In this document: positions 6,171 through 16,358 of the stretch, piece after piece
Numbering within the stretch: the stretch's first letter is position 1
Layout: each line of letters starts with the position of its first letter
Assembly (NCBI GenBank): GCA_963712115.1
Contig: CAVQGX010000045.1
Coordinates: forward strand, 1 to 42,875
DNA: 42,875 bases
Direction: 5' to 3'
Source: an uncultured delta proteobacterium
Lineage (GTDB): Bacteria; Desulfobacterota; Syntrophobacteria; BM002
Made by a program: the position numbers and the translations under genes
Notes under the pieces: generated by a model
Told to the model about the DNA's origin: nothing
Seen by the model: only the letters and a program-made list of their open reading frames with translations
Databases searched by the model: none

Positions 6171-9089
6171 CTATAACAGCTTAAAAACCTCCAGCCAGCC
6201 TTTCTTTTGAGCAGCTGTGCTCTCAATAGCACTGGCAGAGCCTATTATTTTCACCAATCCGCTCTCCTTGACCGCATCCAGAACCTGGGCGAAATTTTCG
6301 AAGTCTGCTGGTGAAGTGTTGAGCACTTCTTCTCGGAGAACTTGTCTATCCTCCTCGTTGTCATTGGTAAGATAGCGCACCATTGAAGTATATCCCTTGG
6401 CATCAGGAAGAAGATGGTTATCTATGTCGCCAATGGTTCCAATGATACCCTTGGTGATTTCCTCATCAGTCAACTGACCGGACCGGAGGAATTTAACCGT
6501 TTCATCGAACACCTCTATTGTCTTCGTGAGGTTGGGGTCGCGGTAAGAGACGAAGGTGAAGGTGCCGGATAAGTGGTTGAAGATAGAGAAGGCACCGTAA
6601 GCTCCCCCCTGAACACGAACTTGGTCCCATAACCAGCCTGTCCTAATATAACGAGAGATTACCTGAACCGAGCCGTGTAACCGATAGCCAAGCTGATAGA
6701 GATTTGCCCCCTTGCCCACATAGTTGACCTGGGCGGGGATTATCATTCCTTCAAAAGCTGGTATTTTCTTAGGTGACCACTTGAATATATGGACAGGAGC
6801 ATAGGGCAACTCCTCCAAAAAGCCACTCAAGGGCGGATTAAGCTCAGCCCAACCCTGCTCATCGCAAGTAATGTTCACCAACATGTTTTTCCTGTTGACC
6901 AGAGTTTTCTTTAGGTGCTCTAAAGTGGTCAGTACACCAGGCCAGTCTTCATCGACTTTTCGGTTAAGCTCTCTGAGGAATAAGAGATAGCTTACCCCTT
7001 TCATCTGTTCTGCAGCCCAGTCGGCCTCATTGAAATGGGAGCGCAAGCGCAAATTGACCACCTGGTGACCTTCCGGAACAAGCTTCTGCTCTTGTCGGGC
7101 TTTCTCCTCCATTACCATCTGCTGAAAACGCTCTTTGTTGTCCAATTTGACTTTTAGTAGAACATCTCTCAAGATGCTCATGAGTTCATGACTTTGGGCC
7201 AGCATGACTTTGCCACGTAGAAAGAGCCAACACGCGCTTCCCTGCTCCCCTCTGACAGCTGAAGAGAAGGACTGAGAATAAATTCCTCCTGTCTCGCGGC
7301 CTATGCGTTGCGTGAGGGCAACAAAGTCTTCCTTCTCTGTGCCTAACTCCACCAGAGAGCGGCCAAAAAGCGGTACGTATGGCAAATATTCTTGCTCGAT
7401 GGCCCGCAGGTTAAAGCCCACATCCACATATGCAATGGAGTTGGTGGCCAGGTCATGAAAAAGAATCTTTGTCTTCTTCTCTTCGGTGATTTCCAGGGGT
7501 ATCGTCCTGTTTTTTCTCTCCAGGTCGCTGAGCTTCAAAATTGGAATTGCCTTCAAGGCCTCGGGTGGATCAGGGGTTTGTTGGATTCGCTTGAGTTCCT
7601 TGGTCAGATCAATCGTGCTTTGCAGTTCTTCATGGTTCATGGTCAATCGAATTTGCTCCAATCGCTCCCGCTCTTTTGCCTCTTGTTTTTCGGCAAGGGC
7701 TGGGTCAGGCTCAAGGATGAGGGTGACCCGGTGAGAGTTGCTCAAAAAATACCGCTCGATCATGGTTTCGAATAGCGAGGGATTGGCTGCCAACTGAAAT
7801 TTAACTTTGCTGAGGGGAGTTTCGAAGGCGAGTAAAGCCAAGGGATCAGCGTCGTAGAGCCAGGTAGTGAGACTGCGCAGCATGAGCAACAAACCTTGGG
7901 GGTAACCTCTCGAGTTGTTCTCTCTGAGGCGAAATTCCAAGGTGTTCAGGGCTGCTTCCACGGTTGCTGGTTCAATGCCATCTCTTGCCAGACTCTCTAA
8001 TGTTTGGAGAACAAGTTTTTCGATACGTTCTCCATTTCCTATGTCGATACCTTTAAGTCCGGTTGAAAAATACATCTGATGGAGCTCATCCTCGAGGCCG
8101 ACCCCGGCTAGATCCTCGCCTAGGCCGGAGTCAATCAGCGCTTTGCGCAATGGAGAACCGGGCATGCCGAGCAGTATGTAGTTGAGTATTCTCAAAGCGA
8201 GATTTGTGTCTGCACTTGAAGTCTCGGTGAGGAGCCAGTTGAGAGTGATCATTCCCTTTGGTTCGCCGGCGGTATCTGATCCAGCAGCAAAAGAGCGGAC
8301 AATCCGTTTGGGTCCATCAAATAAGGGCTGTAGAGGAATGGCCGAATCGATCACCTGCCGTTCAAAGTTTTTGAGATAATCATTCACTAAGCGGAGCCGT
8401 TGTTCCGGGTCATCGTCGCCGTGGAAAAAAATGCGGGCATTGGAAGGGTGGTAGTATTTTTGGTGAAATGCTTGGAACTGTTCAAAGGTGAGGTTGGGGA
8501 TTTGTTTGGGCTCTCCTCCCGAATCGAAACCGTAAGGGTTGTCAGGGAAAAGTGACTGTTGGCTGTATTGGGCCAGAACCCTTTCAGGGGACGAATAGGC
8601 GCCTTTCATCTCGTTGAAGACGACCCCTTTGTAAACAAGCGGTTTATCCACTGCTTCCACTTCGAAGTGCCACCCTTCTTGTTGAAGAGTGAATGGGGTC
8701 AGCCGGGGGTATAGGACCGCATCTAGATAGACATCTATGAGGTTGTAGAAGTCTCGGAGGTTTTGACTTGCTACTGGATAACAGGTCTTGTCTGGATAGG
8801 TGAAAGCGTTGAGAAAGGTTTGCAGGGAGCCTTTCATAAGTTCGACAAAGGGTTCCTTCACTGGATACTTGCGGGAGCCGCAGAGCACGGAGTGTTCCAG
8901 AATGTGAGCCACACCAGTTGAATCCTTGGGAGGCGTACGAAAGATAATGCCAAAAACCTTATTTTCGTCTTTATTGATAAGGGAGAGTAGTTGCGCACCT
9001 GTTTTCTTGTGGCGATAGACTTCGGCTTTGGTGTCCAATTCAGCAAGTCGCTTCTCAGTGATGCGCTCGAATCCATGGATAATTTGCAT
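6171..9089 (-). CDS. Presequence protease-like M16C (insulinase) peptidase
   Basis: HILEHSVLCGSRKYPVKEPF (HxxEH), LNAFTYPDKTCYP, RVQGGAYG, SYRDPN; GGAGG RBS before ATG 9089. Confidence 0.95.
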   Translation of the reverse strand: MQIIHGFERITEKRLAELDTKAEVYRHKKTGAQLLSLINKDENKVFGIIFRTPPKDSTGVAHILEHSVLCGSRKYPVKEPFVELMKGSLQTFLNAFTYPDKTCYPVASQNLRDFYNLIDVYLDAVLYPRLTPFTLQQEGWHFEVEAVDKPLVYKGVVFNEMKGAYSSPERVLAQYSQQSLFPDNPYGFDSGGEPKQIPNLTFEQFQAFHQKYYHPSNARIFFHGDDDPEQRLRLVNDYLKNFERQVIDSAIPLQPLFDGPKRIVRSFAAGSDTAGEPKGMITLNWLLTETSSADTNLALRILNYILLGMPGSPLRKALIDSGLGEDLAGVGLEDELHQMYFSTGLKGIDIGNGERIEKLVLQTLESLARDGIEPATVEAALNTLEFRLRENNSRGYPQGLLLMLRSLTTWLYDADPLALLAFETPLSKVKFQLAANPSLFETMIERYFLSNSHRVTLILEPDPALAEKQEAKERERLEQIRLTMNHEELQSTIDLTKELKRIQQTPDPPEALKAIPILKLSDLERKNRTIPLEITEEKKTKILFHDLATNSIAYVDVGFNLRAIEQEYLPYVPLFGRSLVELGTEKEDFVALTQRIGRETGGIYSQSFSSAVRGEQGSACWLFLRGKVMLAQSHELMSILRDVLLKVKLDNKERFQQMVMEEKARQEQKLVPEGHQVVNLRLRSHFNEADWAAEQMKGVSYLLFLRELNRKVDEDWPGVLTTLEHLKKTLVNRKNMLVNITCDEQGWAELNPPLSGFLEELPYAPVHIFKWSPKKIPAFEGMIIPAQVNYVGKGANLYQLGYRLHGSVQVISRYIRTGWLWDQVRVQGGAYGAFSIFNHLSGTFTFVSYRDPNLTKTIEVFDETVKFLRSGQLTDEEITKGIIGTIGDIDNHLLPDAKGYTSMVRYLTNDNEEDRQVLREEVLNTSPADFENFAQVLDAVKESGLVKIIGSASAIESTAAQKKGWLEVFKLL

Positions 9090-9505
9090 AAGTGCCTCCA
9101 AATTATTTAATCGCAAAAAACCTGGTCCTCTGGGCCCGGATTCTTTACTTTTGCTTGTTTCCTCATAAGGTAAGATCGTATTTTAGCTTGTCGACCCCTC
9201 TGCTGCCAATGGTCGGCGCCAGCAAGGTGTCCATTTCAAAGAGTCAGAGTTCATCGCGCTGCAACTGTATTGCTTTTCATGCTTGAGTCTGTTTTAGTAA
9301 TTTTCCCTGTTGAAGTTGATATTAAAATCATACCAGGTTGGTATATCTTAATCCATAATGTTGGAACTAATTCCTATTTGTCATCGTTGATCCAGATGAT
9401 TATTCGGCAAACTGCTGTCTCGGAACTCGTTAAAGCTACACTTGTCCCTATGTCATCTGTATAGTTGGAGATAGTTAATTTAGTAAGACGCAAGCAGTGA
9501 TGCTT

Positions 9506-9525
9506 TTATGTCATAATTGACATAA
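9506..9525. promoter_or_regulatory. Palindromic operator upstream of the fdh promoter (ModE-like)
   Basis: TTATGTCA-taat-TGACATAA with perfect 8-bp arms, 10 nt upstream of the -35. Confidence 0.6.
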
Positions 9526-9535
9526 CCGTTTGTTC

Positions 9536-9563
9536 TTGACAGTGCTATCTAGTGTGCTATTGT
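9536..9563 (+). promoter_or_regulatory. sigma70 promoter for the fdh operon
   Basis: TTGACA-16 nt-TATTGT with extended -10 TGc. Confidence 0.6.
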
Positions 9564-9761
9564 GTGAAGAATATAGCAAAGCTTTTCAGCTACTTCGGTT
9601 TCTTATCTCATAAGAGACGCTGAGGTGATTCCACCATCTTGAGGTAGGGCCTCAGTTTGCTTCATGTCTGTTATCTCGTTGAGTCTTATCAGAAAAAGTA
9701 AATTGTTCATATTTGTAAAAGCTTTATCAGGACCAAGAGCGAATAGATGAAACTGCTTGAG

Positions 9762-9880
9762 AATCTCCGGAGAGAAATATGCCGGAGACTGGTGTTAGGT
9801 CAATTGGTAAAGTTTCAGGAGAAACTCGGATCAAATAGATAGAGGTCTGTGGTAAGCCTCTAAAGGAGGAAAGGGGGTGC
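9762..9880 (+). ncRNA. Candidate Moco/Wco riboswitch-like structured leader
   Basis: 5' CTCCGGAG, internal TAGGTCAATTG, 3' GCCTC..GGAAAGGGG resemble Moco-motif landmarks; hairpins TCTCCGG/CCGGAGA and TAGAGG/CCTCTA; upstream of a Mo/W enzyme. Confidence 0.35.
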
Positions 9881-9946
9881 ATAGAACCAGGCTGAAAAAT
9901 GATCGAAGTGCACCGATATTTCATGAAAGGAGGGCTAATTAGACCC

Positions 9947-12900
9947 ATGCAGATTACAAGAAGAGATTTCATGAAAATCTCTGGTGCCGCAGTAGGTGGC
10001 CTTGCACTCGGTGGGTTGGGTTTTAACCTGGCGCCGGTGAAGGCGCACGCCCAGACGCTTAGAATCCGCTGGGCCAAGGAAACCACCACCATTTGCCCCT
10101 ACTGCGCGGTTGGTTGTGGGCTCATTGTCCACACCGCCAGAGATGGATCGGGCAAGGTGATCAACACTGAGGGTGATCCGGACCATCCCATCAATCAAGG
10201 TTCACTCTGCGCCAAAGGCGCGGCTCTGTACCAGTTGATCACAAGTGAGGATCGCATCAAGAAACCTCTCTACCGTGCCCCTTACAGTGATAAGTGGAAG
10301 GAAGTATCCTGGGATGTGGCCCTTACGGAGATTGCCAAACGGGTGAAACGCAGCCGTGATGCCAGTTTCACGCCGAAGAACGGACAGGGCCAGGTGGTAA
10401 ACCGGACCAATGGTATCGCTCATGTCGGCAGTGCCGCTCTCGACAACGAGGAGTGCTGGGCGCTGCAAGCGATGATGAGGGCTCTCGGTCTCGTTTACAT
10501 CGAACACCAGGCCCGTATCTGACACAGCGCCACAGTTGCGGCTCTGGCAGAGTCGTTCGGACGCGGCGCAATGACCAACCATTGGATTGACATTGGTAAC
10601 AGCGATTGCATCCTGAGTTATGGGTAGCAATGCAGCTGAAAACCACCCGATCTCCATGAAGTGGGTTGGTAAAGCCATGGAGAATGGGGCAACTCTCCTT
10701 AGTGTCGATCCCCGTTTTACTAGAACCTCGGCCAAGGCGGATTTCTACACTGCCTTGCGCTCAGGAACAGACATCGCCTTTCTCGGCGGGATGATAAACT
10801 ACATAATCCAAAACAACATGTATTTCAAAGAGTACTTAGCCTATTACACAAACGCCAGCTTCATCTTGGGCAAGAATTACTCGTTCAAGGATGGCCTGTT
10901 CTCTGGCTACAACAAAAAAACCAAGTCCTATGACAAGTCTCAGTGGGCCTTTGAGAAGGATAAGGACGGTGTCCCCAAGAAAGACTATAACCTGAGAGAT
11001 TCACGCTGCGTGTTTCAGCAACTTAAGAAACATTTTTCCCGTTACAGTCTTGACAAGGTTTCCCAGATTACTGGAACACCCAAGGAAGACCTGCTCAAGG
11101 TTTACCAGGCTTACGCGGCCACTGGCCAGAAGGGCAAGGCCGGGACCATCATGTATGCCATGGGCTGGACCCAGCACACCGTGGGAGTACAAAACATCAG
11201 GACCATGGCCATCATCCAGTTGTTGTTGGGCAACATGGGAGTTGCCGGTGGTGGGGTCAACGCCCTGAGGGGTGAGTCAAACGTCCAGGGCTCAACGGAC
11301 CACTGCTTGCTTTTCCACATCATTCCCGGGTACATGGCCACTCCGAGCACCACGTGGCCGACACTTGCCGACTACCTCAAGAGGAGGCCAGCGAGCAAAG
11401 ACCCGATGAGCGCTAACTGGTGGCAGAATGAGCCCAAATACATGGTAAGTTTTCTCAAATCCATGTTCGGGGAAAACGCTACGCCGTTCAACGGCTTCGG
11501 CTATGATTGGATGCCAAAGCTGGATGCCGGCAAGCCTTATTCCTGGCTCCATATCTTTGATGGTATGTTCAAGGGTGAGTTCACCGGCTTCTTTGCCTGG
11601 GGTCAAAATCCGGCCTGCTCCGGCGCTAATGCGGGGAAGAACCGAGAAGCCATTGCCAAGCTGGACTGGATGGTAAACGTCAATCTCTTCGAGAACGAAA
11701 CAGGTTCTTTCTGGATGGGACCTGGTATGGATCCCAAGAGTATCAAGACCGAGGTCTTCTTCCTGCCCTGCGCTGCTTCTGCGGAGAAGGAGGGATCCAT
11801 TACCAACAGCGGCCGTTGGAGTCAGTGGCGCTATAAGGCGGCGAATCCTCCCGGGGATGCCAAGCCCGACGGTGACATTATGGTTGAGCTCTTCGATAAG
11901 ATCAGAGAGCTTTACCAGAGGGAGGGAGGTGCTTTTCCTGAGCCCATTCTGAACCTCAAGTGGGACTACACTACCAACGGGAACTACGATGCTCACAAGG
12001 TGGCCAAGGAGATAAACGGCTACTTTCTGGCAGATGTCACTATCAAGGACAAGACCTACAAGGCCGGAACCTTGGTTCCCAGTTTCGCCTTTCTGCAGGC
12101 CGACGGTACAACTTCATCGGGAAACTGGCTCTATTGCCAGAGCTACACTGAGAAAGGCAATATGGCAGCTCGCCGTAACCCCGTTGATGAATCCGGAATT
12201 GGCCTGTACTCTGAGTGGGCCTGGTGCTGGCCGATAAACCGGCGGATTATTTACAACCGTGCTTCGGTTGACCGCTACGGCAAGCCATGGGATTCACGGC
12301 ATCCGGTGATCACCTGGACCGGCGAAAAATGGGTAGGCGATGTGCCGGATGGTGGCTGGCCGCCCATGCTTACCGCTGACGGCAAGATGAATGAGAAGAC
12401 AAAATACCCCTTCATCATGAAAACAGAGGGCTTTGCTCACGTGTTCGGACCGGGCCGTGCTGACGGACCCTTCCCAGAGCACTATGAGCCCCTTGAGTGT
12501 CCCATTGAGAAGAATTTGATGAGTGGGCAGTTCGTCAATCCCACCATCAAGGAATTCGGCACAGCCGCAGACGCCCGGGCCACCTGCGACCCACGCTATC
12601 CCATTGTTGGTACCACCTATAGGGTAACCGAGCACTGGCAGACTGGTGTTATGACCCGTTGGCAGCCATGGCTGTTGGAAACGCAGCCCCAGTCGTTCTG
12701 TGAGATGAGTTTGGAGCTAGCCAAGCTCAAGGGCATCAAGAATGGTGATCGGGTAGTTGTGGAGTCGGCGCGCGGAAAGGTGGAGGCGGTGGCAATTGTT
12801 ACCATGCGTTTCCGCCCATTTCAGATTGCCGGTACCACAATACATCAGATTGGCTTGCCCTGGTGCTTTGGCTGGGTCACTCCTAAGGATGGCGGTGACA

Positions 12901-12989
12901 GCTCTAATCTGCTCACTCCTTCCATCGGTGATCCTAACACTCTAATCCCGGAAACCAAGGCATTCATGGTGAATGTGAGGAAGGCCTAA
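9947..12989 (+). CDS. fdnG: Formate dehydrogenase alpha subunit (FdhA/FdnG type), selenocysteine at TGA 10520-10522, +1 frameshift at 10616-10617
   Basis: Tat signal ITRRDFMK, CPYCAVGC 4Fe-4S motif, EHQARI-U-HSATVAALAESFGRGAMTNHW continuing to NSDCIL, then MGSNAAENHP in the +1 frame; about 1013 aa if repaired. Confidence 0.95.
10539..10555 (+). promoter_or_regulatory. SECIS hairpin for fdhA
   Basis: CGGCTCT-GGC-AGAGTCG stem-loop with a G-first loop starting 23 nt after the in-frame UGA. Confidence 0.75.
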
Positions 12990-13006
12990 AAGGAGGTGAG
13001 AGCTGT

Positions 13007-13753
13007 ATGGCTGACAAATCGTTTTTCGTAGACACAACCAAATGTACGGCCTGCCGAGGGTGCCAGGTAGCCTGCAAAGAATGGAACAAACTGCCGGCCA
13101 CCGGGACCTTCAATTGGGGTAGCTACCAGAACCCAGCAGATCTCTCCTTCAGTACCTTCAAGTTGGTACGGTTCCGGGAGGTGATGTCCGGAGGCAAGCT
13201 CAACTGGTACTTTTTCCCCGACCAGTGCCGGCACTGTCTCGAGCCACCGTGCAAGGATACTGCCGAAGGCTACGTTGAAGGAGCCGTTGTTCAAGATGGT
13301 GCCACAGGTGCGGTTATTTTTACCGGCAAGAGCAGTAAGTTGAGTCCGTCGGCCTTTGAGGAGGTCCGGCAATCCTGCCCTTACAACATACCCCGGCAGG
13401 ATCCTGTTACTAGACAAATGGCCAAGTGCACCATGTGCATAGACCGGATATCCAATGGTCTTTTGCCTGCCTGTGTCAAAGTCTGTCCAACAGGTACTAT
13501 GAACTTTGGCGATCGGGGTATGATTCTGGATATGGCCAATACAAGGGTGGAAGAACTCAAGAAGAAGGGTTATACGAAAGCACAGCTTCTGGATGCCGAT
13601 TCCATCCGCACAGTTTTTCTGGTGGTGGACGATCCTATGGTCTACCACAAATTTGCGGTGGCGCAGAATGAAGTTGGCATCAGTCGCAAGTTGGCTCTGC
13701 GTAAACTCTTACGGCCTGCCACTGACCTGATTACAGGCATGGCCAAGGTGTAA
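13007..13753 (+). CDS. fdnH: Formate dehydrogenase beta (iron-sulfur) subunit
   Basis: CTACRGCQVACK, CRHCLEPPC, SCPYNIP, CTMCIDR...ACVKVCP; AGGAGG RBS. Confidence 0.93.
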   Translation: MADKSFFVDTTKCTACRGCQVACKEWNKLPATGTFNWGSYQNPADLSFSTFKLVRFREVMSGGKLNWYFFPDQCRHCLEPPCKDTAEGYVEGAVVQDGATGAVIFTGKSSKLSPSAFEEVRQSCPYNIPRQDPVTRQMAKCTMCIDRISNGLLPACVKVCPTGTMNFGDRGMILDMANTRVEELKKKGYTKAQLLDADSIRTVFLVVDDPMVYHKFAVAQNEVGISRKLALRKLLRPATDLITGMAKV

Positions 13754-13788
13754 AAGAAACCTCGCGATCTAATCAAGATCGCCCAAGC

Positions 13789-13819
13789 AACGGGAGGGAC
13801 TTTAGTCCCTCCCGTTTTT
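13789..13819 (+). terminator. Intrinsic terminator after fdhB
   Basis: AACGGGAGGGAC-ttta-GTCCCTCCCGTT followed by TTT. Confidence 0.88.
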
Positions 13820-13950
13820 GTGTTAGTTTGGGGAAACTGATCAGCTAAAAAATATTGACCGTCAACATCATCTGGTATTATGAGACATTGACCTTGGCGA
13901 AAAGTATCAAAGGAAAGCCGTCCTTGACCAGTTACAGGGAGACTAACTTT

Positions 13951-14835
13951 ATGTTTGCAGAAATGGATGATTTCTATCAGCGGATGAAAAATAGGCTTGA
14001 GCAATGCAGGAAGGACAGAAGTGAGCTTGAGGAAATTTTGGCCTTCTACGACAAAGTGTTGGGTGCTCAGCGTGAAACGCAAGAAGAAACACCAATACCG
14101 GAGATTGACCTGCCGGCAGAACGGATCAAACTGAAGATAGAGGAAGGCTTTCCCCTAGTCGACCCCGGGAATTTTTTAGTGGATAAAGACTCCTCAGAGC
14201 GTCTTTTTCGAAGGCTTTGCCAACTCTCAAAGGAAGAAAATCCTGTTCTTGCCTCAGCCGGTAAGGCTTTGCTTGAAGCGGTAGACTCTGGTGCGCTTGA
14301 AGCTGCGGAGCTGAGCAAGGCAGTGCTGCAGAACCATGGAGAGACCATTGAGGGATATGCCAAGGATATGGAGGTATCATTACCTGTTCTTCAGGCCCTG
14401 ACGAAACTCAGTCTACAGCCTTCATTGCTGGCCACTGTCGCAAGTGTGGCAAAGGCCACTGATTTAGATAGGTGGCGATACGGGTACTGCCCCATCTGCG
14501 GAGGACTACCGGCAATTGCTGCCCTAGTTGGTGAGGAGGGAAAGAGGGAAGCGCTCTGTTCATTCTGTGGGCATCTCTGGAAATTACCCCGCCTGGGTTG
14601 TCCATTCTGTGATACCGACAAACAAGATGATCTTCGTTATTTCTTCGGTGAAGGCGATGACCTTTACAGGGTACAGGTCTGCGAACAGTGTAAGGGTTAT
14701 TTAAAAGTGGTAGATACCCGAGAAGGTGGTGATCCTAAGGCCTTGGCAGTCGATGATGTGGTCACTGCCCATCTTGACCTGTTAGCGGAAGAGGAGGGTT
14801 ACCAGCGCAAGGCTCCTCGACTTTGGGGGATCTAA
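13951..14835 (+). CDS. fdhE: Formate dehydrogenase maturation protein FdhE
   Basis: CPICG, CSFCG..W..PRLGCPFC, CEQCKGYLK, DDVVTAHLDL. Confidence 0.92.
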   Translation: MFAEMDDFYQRMKNRLEQCRKDRSELEEILAFYDKVLGAQRETQEETPIPEIDLPAERIKLKIEEGFPLVDPGNFLVDKDSSERLFRRLCQLSKEENPVLASAGKALLEAVDSGALEAAELSKAVLQNHGETIEGYAKDMEVSLPVLQALTKLSLQPSLLATVASVAKATDLDRWRYGYCPICGGLPAIAALVGEEGKREALCSFCGHLWKLPRLGCPFCDTDKQDDLRYFFGEGDDLYRVQVCEQCKGYLKVVDTREGGDPKALAVDDVVTAHLDLLAEEEGYQRKAPRLWGI

Positions 14836-14856
14836 AGCCATCGCTGAAGCTCTGGC

Positions 14857-14955
14857 GATTGTAGATTTTAGATTTGAGATTTCAGATTGATCTACATTGC
14901 AGATGTAAGACGCCAGAATCTACAATCTACATTCTGCAATCCGCAATCTAAAATC
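14857..14955. repeat. Inverted heptamer arrays between convergent genes
   Basis: GATTGTA GATTTTA GATTTGA GATTTCA GATTG ... AATCTAC AATCTAC ATTCTGC AATCCGC AATCTAA; left arm starts identically to 141. Confidence 0.85.
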
Positions 14956-14959
14956 GTCA

Positions 14960-15580
14960 TCACTTGTCCAGCTTTTGTAATTCCTTTACTAAAACCTCCA
15001 GCCGTGGTCTATCATTGATGTCGTGCACGTCTATATAGCGGATGATTCCCTCCTTGTCGATGACAAAAAGAGCTCTCTCGCTGACACCGTCGGTGCGTAG
15101 GACCCCGTATTTTTCAGCTACTGCTCCATGGGGGTAAAAGTCTGAAAGAACGTTAAACCACAGCTTTCCACCACCCATGCACATCTGATTGGTCCAAGCA
15201 TACAAGGTGGGGATGTTATCCACAGTTATGCCCAAGAGAATGGCGTCACTTTGATCGAAGAACTCCTGGGCTATATTGTATCCGGGCCACTGGTCTGAAC
15301 AAACAGGTGTCCAGGCAGCTGGGACGAAAGATATAACTACGTTCTTCTTGCCCCGATACTGACTCAAAGTCACTTCGCCCCCTCTAACCGCCGGGAGAGT
15401 GAAGTCTGGAGCTCGGTCACCCAGCTTTACTTTCAGCACACTGTCTGTGGGCTTCAGTTTTCCCACTTGGAAGATATTTTGCTTGAAATCAGGAGATTGG
15501 CCATTTGCTGCTGAAATCCAGATAAAAACGACCAATAATCCCAGTATAAACTTTAGTGAAAAATGTTTTTTTATTGTCAT
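14960..15580 (-). CDS. Exported peroxiredoxin (AhpC/TSA, AhpE-like)
   Basis: Signal peptide, GDRAPDFTL, FVPAAWTPVC (PxxxTxxC), LSDF, ERALFVID. Confidence 0.9.
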   Translation of the reverse strand: MTIKKHFSLKFILGLLVVFIWISAANGQSPDFKQNIFQVGKLKPTDSVLKVKLGDRAPDFTLPAVRGGEVTLSQYRGKKNVVISFVPAAWTPVCSDQWPGYNIAQEFFDQSDAILLGITVDNIPTLYAWTNQMCMGGGKLWFNVLSDFYPHGAVAEKYGVLRTDGVSERALFVIDKEGIIRYIDVHDINDRPRLEVLVKELQKLDK

Positions 15581-15595
15581 GGTTTTTCCTCCCGC

Positions 15596-16180
15596 CTATA
15601 GACCGGACGATTTGACCATCAAATCCAGAAACTTATTTGCATTGCTAAAGCCTCCCAGCTTGGAATAGAAAACCTCAGCGCTGCCATCACCTTTAAGCCT
15701 GACACCAATAAAGTATGGTGTTCTTACCTCGCCAATTGCTTTGTGGATAGAGTAGTCCTCATCTGAGAAGAGGGGAAAGGGGACCTCGTACTTCTTGCGG
15801 AAAAAGTCCACTTCAAAATCACTGTTGCCAGTACCAATACCGATGAGTTTTATTTTGCCCTTAAGGTCTTTCCGCGCTTCAATGGCCTGATACAGTTCGT
15901 TCACCCGGAACGCTTCTTTCTGACAAAATGGTCAGTACATATTAAAGATTTCAATGACAACCGCCTGTGCCTCAATCTGAGGGATGGTAAAATGCTTACC
16001 CCCAGAAAGCCCCAAGTAGCTCTTGGCCTGAGGATCGTCAGGAACGAAGAGCTTGATTGATGGCAAAGTGGTTCCTACGGCTGGGGGTTGCTCGGCGGCC
16101 AGGGCCGGAGAAAGCAGAAGGCAACAACAAGTGACCGAGATCAATAGCAAATAGGTTAGTTTCTTGAACTCTATTAACAT
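15596..16180 (-). CDS. Exported TlpA/redoxin-fold selenoprotein, UPFC active site (194 aa)
   Basis: Two ORF-track fragments are in frame across TGA 15932-15934: VVIEIFNMY-U-PFCQKEA; N-terminal signal peptide; FPLFSD and VRTPYF thioredoxin-fold motifs. Confidence 0.88.
15898..15912 (-). promoter_or_regulatory. SECIS hairpin for the UxxC redoxin
   Basis: CGTTC-CGGGT-GAACG stem-loop; loop starts 24 nt after UGA with G at loop position 2. Confidence 0.72.
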
Positions 16181-16358
16181 GGATAGTCCCTCCCTGGATT
16201 TCCCGAAGGCGAAGTCGGGTGTTGTTGTTGATCTTGTGGAGGTTTAAAATTAATTCTACTCGAGATAATAGAACAACTGTTTCATGCTTTGTCAAGTCAA
16301 ACCCAAATCCACCGTCTAATTTAGTTATCAGGACTGAAATCAGCGGCTTATGGAGTAT

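Noticed and set aside
9562-9579. Rex-like site GTGTGAAGAATATAGCAA near the fdh transcription start
   Set aside because: Four mismatches to TTGTGAA-N4-TTCACAA; biologically plausible but too weak to call.
10620-12989. Treating 9899-10522 and 10620-12989 as two genes
   Set aside because: The intervening sequence encodes conserved FdhA residues and ATG 10620 has no RBS; it is one gene.
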